From NCBI GenBank assembly GCA_041577295.1, contig JBFGJG010000055.1, forward strand, positions 1 through 25,637: a DNA stretch of 25,637 nucleotides. The letters run 5' to 3'. This DNA comes from Gemmatimonadales bacterium. Its GTDB lineage: Bacteria; Gemmatimonadota; Gemmatimonadetes; Gemmatimonadales; GWC2-71-9. The first letter of the stretch is position 1. Each line of letters starts with the position of its first letter. The notes under the pieces were generated by a model. The model did no database searches, was not told where the DNA came from, and saw only the letters and a list, made by a program, of their open reading frames with translations. The position numbers and the translations under genes were made by a program. Below, in pieces: positions 15,438-23,957 of the stretch.

Positions 15438-16234
15438 ACGGTAGCCCCCTTGAGCTCCTCTTTTGTGATCATGCCGAGATTGTACGACTTGATCCGTTCG
15501 TAGTTCTGAGGGAACGGCTTGGCGGTTTCACGTACGAACGCCGCGAAAGCTCGCGCATCTGGCTGACGCAACGCGAGGTTGAACTGCTTCTCGAACGCAA
15601 TCGTGGAGACGGCCTTGCCGCTCATGTTCACCCCACCGCAGGTCGATCCCCCGTAGTGACCCGGGTACACCTCGACGTAGTCGGGCAGGGTGAACAGCTT
15701 CTCGGTGACGCTGCGGTACAGCGTCTCCGCCCGCGCCGATTCATCCATCACGTCCATCGATTCATCACCGAGCAGTAGATCGGGCCGTCCTACATCACCA
15801 ACGAACAGCGCATCCCCCGTGAGGACGAACCACGGGTCTGGCGATCGGGCCGTGTCGGTCACGAGAAACGCCGTGTGCTCGGGCGTGTGTCCGGGCGTGT
15901 GCAGTGCCGTGAGACGCACTCCCCCCATGGTGAACGACTCGCCGTCGCGGAACGCCGTGAACGGATACCGTACGAGCGCTTTTGCCGATTCGTGCAGGTG
16001 GTGTGGCACGCCGTTCATTTCCGCGAGCTCTCGAGCGCAGGAGACGAAGTCGGCGTGGATATGGGTCTCGACCACGCCCACGATGGTCAGCCCGAGGTCT
16101 GCCGCCTCCAGGACGTAAAAGTCGCTGCCGAGGTTGTCGATCGGATCGACGATCATGGCCTCCTTCGCGCGGGGGCACCCGACGAGGTAGGACGCCTGCG
16201 CGAGGGGCTCGTAGCGGAACTGCTTGAAGATCAT
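15434..16234 (-). CDS. MBL-fold persulfide dioxygenase, CstB-type
   Basis: ETHIHADF, HTPGHTPEH, TGDALFVGDVGRPDL, PGHYGGSTCG, ST..FEK..N and P..Y..IK..N, in a sulfurtransferase context. Confidence 0.85.
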   Translation of the reverse strand: MIFKQFRYEPLAQASYLVGCPRAKEAMIVDPIDNLGSDFYVLEAADLGLTIVGVVETHIHADFVSCARELAEMNGVPHHLHESAKALVRYPFTAFRDGESFTMGGVRLTALHTPGHTPEHTAFLVTDTARSPDPWFVLTGDALFVGDVGRPDLLLGDESMDVMDESARAETLYRSVTEKLFTLPDYVEVYPGHYGGSTCGGVNMSGKAVSTIAFEKQFNLALRQPDARAFAAFVRETAKPFPQNYERIKSYNLGMITKEELKGATV

Positions 16235-16237
16235 GAG

Positions 16238-16486
16238 TCAGTCCTCCTCGACCTTGCGCACGTAAAACACGAGCGTCCCATCGTCTTCCTCATGCCACTC
16301 TAGCAGCTCGTTGCCGGTGTCGTCCGCCCAGGCAGGGAAGTCGGCGATGGCGCCGCGATCGGTCGCCAAGATCTTCAGCACGTCGCCGTCCCCTAGTGAT
16401 TTGATCTCTTTGGCGGCCTTGACGATCGGCATCGGGCACAGCAGCCCGCGCGCGTCGAGGATCTTGGTTTCTTGCACGTCTGGCAT
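16238..16486 (-). CDS. tusA: TusA-family sulfur carrier (82 aa)
   Basis: LDARGLLCPMP (CPxP) and ATDRGAIADFPAW. Start at MPDVQ with GGAG upstream. Confidence 0.92.
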   Translation of the reverse strand: MPDVQETKILDARGLLCPMPIVKAAKEIKSLGDGDVLKILATDRGAIADFPAWADDTGNELLEWHEEDDGTLVFYVRKVEED

Positions 16487-16515
16487 GGCGTGGCTCCGCA
16501 GGTTCCTGGTGTCAG

Positions 16516-17076
16516 TTAGATGAACAACGTCAGATGGGATTTGCGTGCTTCCGAAAGAAATGCCGCCGCCCCAGCGAACTCGACACCCTCGATGAAGTCG
16601 TCTTGCTCGTAGCCAAACACGTCCATCGTCATCTGGCATGCGATGAGCCGAACGTCCGACTCCCGAGCCACGTCGAGCAGCTCGCGGATGGACGCAACGT
16701 TCTTCTTGCGGAACTTGGCCTTCATCATACCAGTGGCCATACCGGTCATCCCGGGAAGGGCAGTGACGATGTCGGGCATGGGAATGGGCATCGGCATCCC
16801 CGGGTTACCGACCGGCGAGACCCGGAGCAATTTCTCGTAGTCCTTATGAATGACGTTCAATCCGTAGAATGTGAAAAACACCGCGGCGTCCATCCCGGCA
16901 GCCGCGGCGGCCGTCGAGAGGATGAGTGGAGGATATGCCCAGTCCAGCGTACCCTTCGACGCGATGATTCTCGCGTGCTTGGCGGCTGGGTCTTTCTTGA
17001 GCGCCCGCTGGATCTCTTCCCGCACGATGGTGCGGACGGTTTCCTCGGTGAGACTGGATTGATTCGTTTGGAGCAT
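16516..17076 (-). CDS. DsrE2-type (DsrE/DsrF/DrsH-like) sulfur relay protein
   Basis: IIASKGTLDWAYPPLIL, VFFTFYGL, ACQMTMDVFG and GAAAFL...LFI. Start at MLQTN with GAGGGG upstream. Confidence 0.9.
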   Translation of the reverse strand: MLQTNQSSLTEETVRTIVREEIQRALKKDPAAKHARIIASKGTLDWAYPPLILSTAAAAAGMDAAVFFTFYGLNVIHKDYEKLLRVSPVGNPGMPMPIPMPDIVTALPGMTGMATGMMKAKFRKKNVASIRELLDVARESDVRLIACQMTMDVFGYEQDDFIEGVEFAGAAAFLSEARKSHLTLFI

Positions 17077-17139
17077 GACCCCTCGCTGCGTGACGGTCGG
17101 ACGGGCACGGGGGCGGTCCCGGCCCACGGGAAGGTACCT

Positions 17140-17184
17140 ACATCTAATAATAGCTATTCTGCTATGTCTTGGCTTCGTTGTCAA
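17140..17184 (-). promoter_or_regulatory. Promoter of the sulfur operon with overlapping 28-bp palindromic operator
   Basis: Minus strand TTGACA (17184-17179), N17, CAGAAT (17161-17156). Palindrome ACAT-N5-AATAGCTATT-N5-ATGT (17140-17167) sits in a conspicuously AT-rich patch. Confidence 0.7.
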
Positions 17185-17192
17185 CGGGTGAC

Positions 17193-18812
17193 GTGAGCGG
17201 CCCGCCGGTCGGGAGGGAGCGCCGCGCGCGTTTCGGTCCGGCAGACGTGCTAGCGGGCCTCAGCGTGGCGCTCGTGTTGATCCCGCAATCCTTAGCGTAC
17301 GCGGAACTGGCGGGGCTGCCCGCGTATCACGGGCTCTACGCGGCAGCCCTCCCCCCGCTGGTCGCCGCGGCGTTTGCTTCGTCGCCCTACCTGCAGACGG
17401 GCCCGGTTGCGATGACGAGCCTACTCACCTTCGGCGCCCTCTCGACGTTGGCGCCGGTGGCGAGCCCTCAGTACGTGGCGTTGGCCGCGCTCCTCGCTCT
17501 GGTCGTTGGCGTTGCGCGCGTGGGGCTCGGGATGATCCGCCTGGGGTGGGTGGCGTATCTGATGTCGCAACCGATCCTCACCGGGTTCACCACTGGGGCG
17601 GCGATCCTGATCATTGCCTCGCAGCTTCCGACGGTGCTGGGGGTCGACGCACCCTCGGGGAGATTGCTCGTGCGTGCATGGTGGGCCGTGTCCCATATGG
17701 GGGTGTGGGAGCCGCCCGCGATTGCTCTCGCTGTGCTGACGGGGGGCTTGGTGTTTGGCGGACGGAAACTTCACGCGCTCTTCCCGGGTGTGCTCGTGGC
17801 ATTGGCGGTCGGTTTGGCTTTCAGCATCATCACGGGGTATGGCGGATCGGTGGTGGGGGAAGTGCCGAGCGGCTTCCCAACGCTGAGCCTCGCGCTCCCT
17901 TGGGGCGAGCTACCTCGTCTGCTCGTACCTGGTGTCGTGATTGCGCTGGTGGGGTTCGCCGAGCCCGCCGCGATCGCCCGCCACTTCGCAACACAAGACC
18001 GGCGTCCCTGGAGCCCCGATCGTGAGTTCGTGAGCCAGGGTGCTGCGAACCTGGCGGCTGGCCTGTCCGGCGGTTTTCCGGTCGGCGGCTCGTTCAGCCG
18101 AACCTCCATCAATCGTCTGGCCGGTGGCAGGACACGGTGGAGTGGCGCTGTCACGGGCGCGGCGGTGCTCGCGTTTCTTGCGATCGCTAGTGTGTTGGCG
18201 CCGCTCCCGCGCACGATCCTCGGTGCCATTGTAATCGTGGCGGTCATCAAGCTCGTGCAGTTTGGGCCGTTGGTGCGTCTGAACCGCGTTTCCCGACCAC
18301 AGGCACTGGTGGCGTGGACGACGTTCACCGCCACGCTGACTCTGGCACCGCGCATTGAACGGGCGGTGCTAGTGGGTGTGGCGCTCGCGGTGTTCATTCA
18401 CCTTTGGCGTGAGCTGCGGCTTCATGTCTCAACGAGGTTCGAAGGCACTACCCTCCGCCTCGCCCCCAAAGGGGTCCTGTTCTTCGCGTCGGCCCCCAAT
18501 CTCGATGAGGCGCTCTTGCGCGAGCTGGGGATCCATCCGGATACGGAGCGTGTCGTGGTGGATCTCTCGGGGCTCGGGCGCATCGATTATACCGGTGCGA
18601 TCGCGCTCAAGGAGATGGCGGATGACCTGCGCGACGCCGGGATCAAGATCGAGCTGAGCGGCGTTCCTCCCCAGGCCCGGCGCGTCTTATTGCGTGTCCT
18701 CGGGCCCGATTGGCCGTTGCTTCGTCGGCGTTGGAAGACCGCGGACATGCGCGCGGGTGCCGCGGAAGATGGTGAGGGCACCCAGTCGTCGCCGTCGCCC
18801 CCTGACTCCTAA
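17193..18812 (+). CDS. SulP/SLC26 anion transporter with C-terminal STAS domain
   Basis: DVLAGLSVALVLIPQSLAYAELAG, GLYAA, GFPVGGSFSRT, and STAS motifs LFFAS and VVVDLSGLGRIDYTG. Start uncertain (GTG 17193 chosen). Confidence 0.92.
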   Translation: MSGPPVGRERRARFGPADVLAGLSVALVLIPQSLAYAELAGLPAYHGLYAAALPPLVAAAFASSPYLQTGPVAMTSLLTFGALSTLAPVASPQYVALAALLALVVGVARVGLGMIRLGWVAYLMSQPILTGFTTGAAILIIASQLPTVLGVDAPSGRLLVRAWWAVSHMGVWEPPAIALAVLTGGLVFGGRKLHALFPGVLVALAVGLAFSIITGYGGSVVGEVPSGFPTLSLALPWGELPRLLVPGVVIALVGFAEPAAIARHFATQDRRPWSPDREFVSQGAANLAAGLSGGFPVGGSFSRTSINRLAGGRTRWSGAVTGAAVLAFLAIASVLAPLPRTILGAIVIVAVIKLVQFGPLVRLNRVSRPQALVAWTTFTATLTLAPRIERAVLVGVALAVFIHLWRELRLHVSTRFEGTTLRLAPKGVLFFASAPNLDEALLRELGIHPDTERVVVDLSGLGRIDYTGAIALKEMADDLRDAGIKIELSGVPPQARRVLLRVLGPDWPLLRRRWKTADMRAGAAEDGEGTQSSPSPPDS

Positions 18813-18836
18813 CGCTCGCCACCGATAGCTTTGGGC

Positions 18837-21062
18837 ATGAATCGACGCGAAGGGCTCGCCAAACTGACCGGTCGCGAACGATACGTCGATGACCTCGCGT
18901 TTGACGGGTGCTGGGGGATGACGGTCCGCAGTCCCGCGCCCCGGGGGCGTATCAAGGAGATTCGGTTTGGCACGGCGGTGAATTGGTCCGAGATGATCGT
19001 GGTCGATCACCGCGACCTTCCCGGACCCAACGAAGTGCTGCTGATCGAGCGAGACCAGCCCGTGCTTGCGGCGGGATACGTGCGCCATGTGCATGAACCC
19101 GTGCTGTTGCTCGCGCACGCCTCCCGGGAGACCGTGCGCCGCGCCGTGAGGGACGTCGAAATCGTGATCGATCCGGAGCCACCGCTCCTCGACTACCGCA
19201 TGCTCCCGAGTTCTCAACAGATCCAGTACGGTGACGACAATGTGTTCAAGCACCTCCGCATCGAGAAGGGTGACGTCGAGCGCGCGCTGCGTGACGCTCC
19301 CATCGTCGTGGAGGGCGTGTACGAGACAGGAGCACAGGAACACGTCTATCTCGAGAACCAGGGCATGATCGCATTCACCGACGATGATGTTGTGGTCATC
19401 AAGGGATCGATGCAGTGTCCGTACTACGTGCTGAAGGCCGTCACGCACGCGCTCGCGCGGGACGCGGAGCAGGTTCGCATTGTGCAGACGCCGACGGGTG
19501 GTGGGTTTGGGGGGAAGGAAGAATACCCTTCGACGGTCGCGCTCCACGCGGCCCTGTTGGCGCTCAAAGCGGGTCGCCCGGTCAAGATCGTGTACGATCG
19601 CGGCGAAGACATGGCGGCGACCACCAAGCGACACCCCTCGTGGGTGCGGCACCGCACTGGGCTCGATTCCGCAGGACGGCTGCTCGCCCAGCACATCGAA
19701 GTGGTGATCGACGGCGGGGCCTACGTGACCCTCTCGCCCGTCGTCCTCAGCCGTGCGGTGATCCACGCTGCCGGTCCGTACTTCTGTGAGCACGTGCGCA
19801 TCGACGGGAGAGCGGTCTTTTCGAACGCGGTGCCGTTCGGGGCGTTTCGCGGGTTTGGCGCACCGCAAACCCAGTTTGCCAACGAGCGGCATATGGACGT
19901 GATCGCTCGGACGCTCGACGTCGACCCGGTAACCCTGCGGCGCATCAATCTGATTCGCGACGGGCAGACAACGTCGACGGGCCAAGTCATTGCCGACGGG
20001 ACGGATCGGGTTGCCCTGATGGAGCAAGCGCTCGAGCTCGCGAGGTACGAGGAGAAACAGGGCCATCACAGAGGATTCAATGCGGTCCACCCCACACTGC
20101 GGCGTGGGATGGGGTTCGCCACGTTCTATCACGGCGCGGGGTTTACGGGCAGTGGCGAGGTCATGTTGCGCTCAGTCGTTTACGTCGCCGGCCGTGCAGA
20201 CGGTCGCGTGGAGGTGTTGAGCGCCAATATCGAGATGGGACAAGGGACGCTGACCATCTTTACCCAACTGGCCGCTGAGCGGCTCGGCTACGATCCCGAC
20301 GACATCGTCATTGCAGAGGCCGACACGGCGCGCGTTCCCAACAGTGGTCCGACCGTGGCATCGCGCACGTCCATGATCGTCGGACGGCTGGTGGAGCAGG
20401 CCTGTGACGATCTCCGCGACAAACTCGGCCTAGAACAGTCGGTACGCGGCCCGGCGGTGCGAAAGGCTATCATCGCCTGGTGCAAGGCACACGAGGGTGA
20501 AACACCGCGAGGAAGCGCGCAGTACCAGAAGCCCAGGGAGGTAACGTGGGATGAGGAGTCCTATCGTGGAGATGCGTACGGCACCTTTGCCTGGGCCACG
20601 TACGTGGCCGAAGTCGAAGTCGATCTCCGAACCTACGGAGTACGGGTGCTCGATTTCGTGGCGGTGCAGGAAATCGGGAAAGTCCTGAACGAGACACTCG
20701 CCCGTGGCCAAGTGCAGGGTGGCGTGGTGCAGGGCATCGGATGGGCGATCATGGAAGAATGCAAGTGGCACGATGGCGCGATGACGAACCACCAACTCAC
20801 CAACTACATCATCCCCACGAGTGACGACGTTCCACCAATCCGGGTCCATTTTTTGGAGAACCCGTACCGACACGGCGCGCAGGGCGCGAAGGGGTTGGGT
20901 GAGCTGCCCATCGACGGACCAGCTCCCGCAATCGTCAACGCGATTGCAGCTGCCACGGGGGCAGATCCGCGCGTGATCCCCGTGACACCGGAGCGGCTGA
21001 TGACGCTGAGCGACGCGCGGCCGGCCTCGACGGCAAGTGCGGGCGGAGTGAAGCATGAGTGA
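18837..21062 (+). CDS. Xanthine dehydrogenase-family molybdopterin-binding large subunit (PucD/XdhA-like)
   Basis: QEHVYLE, GGGFGGKE, LSPVVLSRA, AFRGFG, EMGQG, GPTVASR and KGLGE (catalytic Glu). Confidence 0.92.
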   Translation: MNRREGLAKLTGRERYVDDLAFDGCWGMTVRSPAPRGRIKEIRFGTAVNWSEMIVVDHRDLPGPNEVLLIERDQPVLAAGYVRHVHEPVLLLAHASRETVRRAVRDVEIVIDPEPPLLDYRMLPSSQQIQYGDDNVFKHLRIEKGDVERALRDAPIVVEGVYETGAQEHVYLENQGMIAFTDDDVVVIKGSMQCPYYVLKAVTHALARDAEQVRIVQTPTGGGFGGKEEYPSTVALHAALLALKAGRPVKIVYDRGEDMAATTKRHPSWVRHRTGLDSAGRLLAQHIEVVIDGGAYVTLSPVVLSRAVIHAAGPYFCEHVRIDGRAVFSNAVPFGAFRGFGAPQTQFANERHMDVIARTLDVDPVTLRRINLIRDGQTTSTGQVIADGTDRVALMEQALELARYEEKQGHHRGFNAVHPTLRRGMGFATFYHGAGFTGSGEVMLRSVVYVAGRADGRVEVLSANIEMGQGTLTIFTQLAAERLGYDPDDIVIAEADTARVPNSGPTVASRTSMIVGRLVEQACDDLRDKLGLEQSVRGPAVRKAIIAWCKAHEGETPRGSAQYQKPREVTWDEESYRGDAYGTFAWATYVAEVEVDLRTYGVRVLDFVAVQEIGKVLNETLARGQVQGGVVQGIGWAIMEECKWHDGAMTNHQLTNYIIPTSDDVPPIRVHFLENPYRHGAQGAKGLGELPIDGPAPAIVNAIAAATGADPRVIPVTPERLMTLSDARPASTASAGGVKHE

Positions 21063-21522
21063 TACGGTGCCGATCACGTTTACGCTCAACGGGTCGTCCG
21101 TCTCGATCGCGGTATCCGCGCGCGAACGGTTACTGGACGTCCTGCGGTACCGCATGGGTTTCACGGGAACGAAAGAAGGGTGTGGCGAGGGGGAGTGTGG
21201 GGCTTGCACGGTCTGGCTCGACGGCATCCCCGTGAACTCGTGTTTGGTTCCTGCGTATCAGGTTCGCGGCTCGAACGTGCAAACCGTCGAAGGGTTGAGG
21301 GTGGACGATTTGGACCCGCTGCTCCGCTCGGGTGCCACCCAGTGTGGGGCGTGCACGCCGGGCGTCGTCATGACGGCACGCTGGATTCAGGACCACCCGG
21401 ATCTCTTGCGCACTCACACGATCCGGGAACTCATGGCCGGGAACCTCTGTCGGTGTACCGGCTACGATGGGATCGTCGAGGGTGTGGAAGGACTGCTCAG
21501 CGGCGACGGTGGGGCATCGTGA
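21055..21522 (+). CDS. Xanthine dehydrogenase-family 2Fe-2S subunit
   Basis: TGTKEGCGEGECGACTV...NSC, QCGACTPG and GNLCRCTGY. Confidence 0.95.
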   Translation: MSDTVPITFTLNGSSVSIAVSARERLLDVLRYRMGFTGTKEGCGEGECGACTVWLDGIPVNSCLVPAYQVRGSNVQTVEGLRVDDLDPLLRSGATQCGACTPGVVMTARWIQDHPDLLRTHTIRELMAGNLCRCTGYDGIVEGVEGLLSGDGGAS

Positions 21523-22355
21523 GTGTGTTGTTTCCCGCGGATGTGGCGACCGCCTGCGAGATGCTGGCGGATCACGGCGATGCTGTGCCGATGGCCGGAG
21601 GCACCGATCTCCTAGTCAACTGGCCCGAGCGCATCGAGCAACGCACGGTGACGTTCGTGGATCTCTGGAAACTCGACGCTCTTCGCACCATGCGTTGGTC
21701 GGAGGGCGAGTTGGTGCTCGGTGCGCTCGCCACCTATTGGGATGTCGTCATGGACCGGCGAGCATGGGCGGAGTTTCCCCTTCTCATCCAGGCCGCCCGT
21801 CAGGTTGGCGCAATCCAGATACAGGCGAGAGGGACATGGGCGGGAAACATCGTGAATGCGTCACCCGCCGCCGACGGTGTCCCAGTGCTCATGGCGTACG
21901 ACGCGATCGTCGTGCTCCAAGGTCAGGAGGGAACTCGTGAAGTTCCCCTCGCCGATTTTTACTTGGGTTACAAGGAGCTACGCCGTCGACGCGATGAGCT
22001 CGTGACCGCCATTCGACTGCCGCGACGATCGTATGACTACCAAATATTTGAAAAGGTGGGCTCGCGCCGCGCGCAGGCGATTACCAAGGTTGGGGTGGCC
22101 ATCACCCGGTCGGATGGTGACTGGCGGGTGGTTGCGAACAGCGTGGCACCCACCGTCCATCGGTGTGCAGCGATCGAGAAGCTCTTGGCCGAACGACGTG
22201 CCGTGTCGGGCCCCGACGATCTCATCCCGGCGATACGCGCGGATGTGTCGCCTATCGACGACATCCGATCGACGGCCGCGTACCGCGAGCAGGTGATGGC
22301 TCGCCTGCTGTATTACGATCTCAAAGAGGTTTGCGACTTTGAAAGCGAGCAGTGA
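21519..22355 (+). CDS. Xanthine dehydrogenase-family FAD-binding subunit
   Basis: AGGTDL, QIQARGTWAGNIVNASPAAD and PIDDIRSTAAYR. GTG start overlaps the upstream TGA (GTGA). Confidence 0.92.
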   Translation: MSVLFPADVATACEMLADHGDAVPMAGGTDLLVNWPERIEQRTVTFVDLWKLDALRTMRWSEGELVLGALATYWDVVMDRRAWAEFPLLIQAARQVGAIQIQARGTWAGNIVNASPAADGVPVLMAYDAIVVLQGQEGTREVPLADFYLGYKELRRRRDELVTAIRLPRRSYDYQIFEKVGSRRAQAITKVGVAITRSDGDWRVVANSVAPTVHRCAAIEKLLAERRAVSGPDDLIPAIRADVSPIDDIRSTAAYREQVMARLLYYDLKEVCDFESEQ

Positions 22356-22420
22356 GCAGTGAGGCGGAGCGACCCCAAGTTCCTCGAGTTCTTTCAGCTC
22401 CTGATTTTCCAACCTCCGCC
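22347..22420. repeat. Heptamer GAGCAGT repeat over the stop codon, followed by a degenerate 9-mer array
   Basis: GAGCAGTGAGCAGTGAG (22347-22363), the same unit as at 1595, then CCCAAGTTC CTCGAGTTC TTTCAGCTC CTGATTTTC. Confidence 0.55.
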
Positions 22421-22452
22421 GACACCGCGTGGAGGGTAGGTAAGGCACGGAG

Positions 22453-23901
22453 ATGAAAACCACCTTGTCGGCGGCGGCAACTCGCTCGGTCACGCAGGCG
22501 CTGCGGAAGGGCGTGGCGGATTTCGGTGCTCGCTTTCCGGGGGAGTCTGGGGCACGGCAGGCCGTCCACACCGTGTACGGCGGTGCTCATCTGTTTCGGG
22601 CGGATACCGCGAGAAAGCTGGGTGAAGTGGCCGAGCGGTTCCTCGCGGAGTACGCCGGGAACCTCGCGCAGTTCGCCCGCGCACTCGAGTTGCCAGAGCA
22701 TGCGTCGCTGCCTGAGGTGCCAACCGCGCTCGAAGCGGCCTACGAGAAGAGCTCGGTGGAGCTGCGGAAGACCCGTCCTCACGCGTGGCTTGCGTGCGCG
22801 GTTTACGACCGCGTCCTCCAGAAGCTGCGCCGCGAGCCAGTTGAGGATTTTCGGCTGGATTTCGAGGATGGATATGGGAATCGGCCGAACGACGAGGAGG
22901 ACGCCTGTGCGGTGAGTGCCGCGGGTGAGGTGGCGCGGGGAATGCAGCTGGGCTCGCTTCCTCCATTCATCGGCATACGTATCAAGCCGTTCAGTCGCGA
23001 GCTGACGGATCGCGGCATCCGGACACTCGACCTCTTCCTCACGTCGTTGATCGAGCGCACGCGGGGCGAATTGCCATCCAACTTCGTCGTCACGCTGCCA
23101 AAAGTCGTCATCCCCGAGCAGGTGGCTACGCTGACGGAAGTGTTGGGAATGCTCGAGGCGAAGCTCGGCATCACTGAACAGGTCGAGCTCGAGATCATGG
23201 TCGAAACGCCGCAGGCCATCATCGGTCCGGAGGGGCGATCCCCGCTTCCCAGGTTGGTCGAGGCGGCTGGTGGGCGGTGTGTCGCCGCCCATTTTGGGGT
23301 TTATGACTATACCGCTAGTCTCTCCATTACGGCCGAGCAACAGACGATGCGACACCGAGCCTGCGATCACGCGAGACACGTCATGCAGGTCGCGCTGGCG
23401 GGCACCGGTGTCTGGCTCTCAGATGGCGCTACCAACGTGCTGCCGGTCCCCGTGCATCGACCATCGGAGAAAGAGCCGCTGACCCCGGCACAGCGGGATG
23501 AGAATCGCGCCGCGGTGTACCGAGCGTGGCGCCTCCACTTCACCGATGTGCAGCACTCACTCGAGCACGCCTACTACCAGGGATGGGATCTTCACCCTGC
23601 ACAGCTTCCCACCCGCTACGCGGCGCTGTACGCGTTTTTCCTTCGGGGTCTCGACAAGGCATCGGAGCGACTCCGAGCGTTCGTCGACAAGGCGGGGCAG
23701 GCGACGCTAGTTGGTGACGTATTCGACGACGCCGCGACGGGACAAGGCCTGTTGAACTTCTTTCTGCGCGGGCTCAACTGTGGTGCTATTAGGGAGGAGG
23801 AGGCGATGGCGACTGGCCTCTCGCTCGAGGAGCTCCGGAGCCGGTCGTTCCTTCGGATCATCGAGGGAAGGAGAAAGGTGAGCATAGGGAGTGGGGAGTA
23901 G
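22453..23901 (+). CDS. HpcH/HpaI aldolase / citrate-lyase-like TIM-barrel protein (DUF6986-like)
   Basis: RQAVHTVYGGA, EDFRLDFEDGYG, GIRIK, VTLPKV, EIMVETPQ, HFGVYDY, LSDGATN, YYQGWDLHPAQL and DDAATGQ. Confidence 0.75.
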   Translation: MKTTLSAAATRSVTQALRKGVADFGARFPGESGARQAVHTVYGGAHLFRADTARKLGEVAERFLAEYAGNLAQFARALELPEHASLPEVPTALEAAYEKSSVELRKTRPHAWLACAVYDRVLQKLRREPVEDFRLDFEDGYGNRPNDEEDACAVSAAGEVARGMQLGSLPPFIGIRIKPFSRELTDRGIRTLDLFLTSLIERTRGELPSNFVVTLPKVVIPEQVATLTEVLGMLEAKLGITEQVELEIMVETPQAIIGPEGRSPLPRLVEAAGGRCVAAHFGVYDYTASLSITAEQQTMRHRACDHARHVMQVALAGTGVWLSDGATNVLPVPVHRPSEKEPLTPAQRDENRAAVYRAWRLHFTDVQHSLEHAYYQGWDLHPAQLPTRYAALYAFFLRGLDKASERLRAFVDKAGQATLVGDVFDDAATGQGLLNFFLRGLNCGAIREEEAMATGLSLEELRSRSFLRIIEGRRKVSIGSGE

Positions 23902-23938
23902 GTCCGGTACCCCCTTTCTCCTCACCCCTTACTCCTTC
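23886..23938. repeat. Inverted heptamer repeats (RGGGAGT / CYCCTYH) over a stop codon
   Basis: AGGGAGT GGGGAGT AGG, then CCCCTTT CTCCTCA CCCCTTA CTCCTTC. Confidence 0.55.
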
Positions 23939-23957
23939 CTGCATCTGAGGAGCATCA

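Noticed and set aside
18837..22355. Aerobic CO dehydrogenase or 4-hydroxybenzoyl-CoA reductase
   Set aside because: The active-site loop is AFRGFG rather than AYxCSFR, and the FAD subunit lacks the 4Fe-4S insertion of HcrB.
9878..23379. Long antisense ORFs such as 9878..11134, 11948..12904, 18687..20132 and 22321..23379
   Set aside because: They lie opposite well-supported genes and have no motifs, as expected for shadow ORFs in high-GC DNA.
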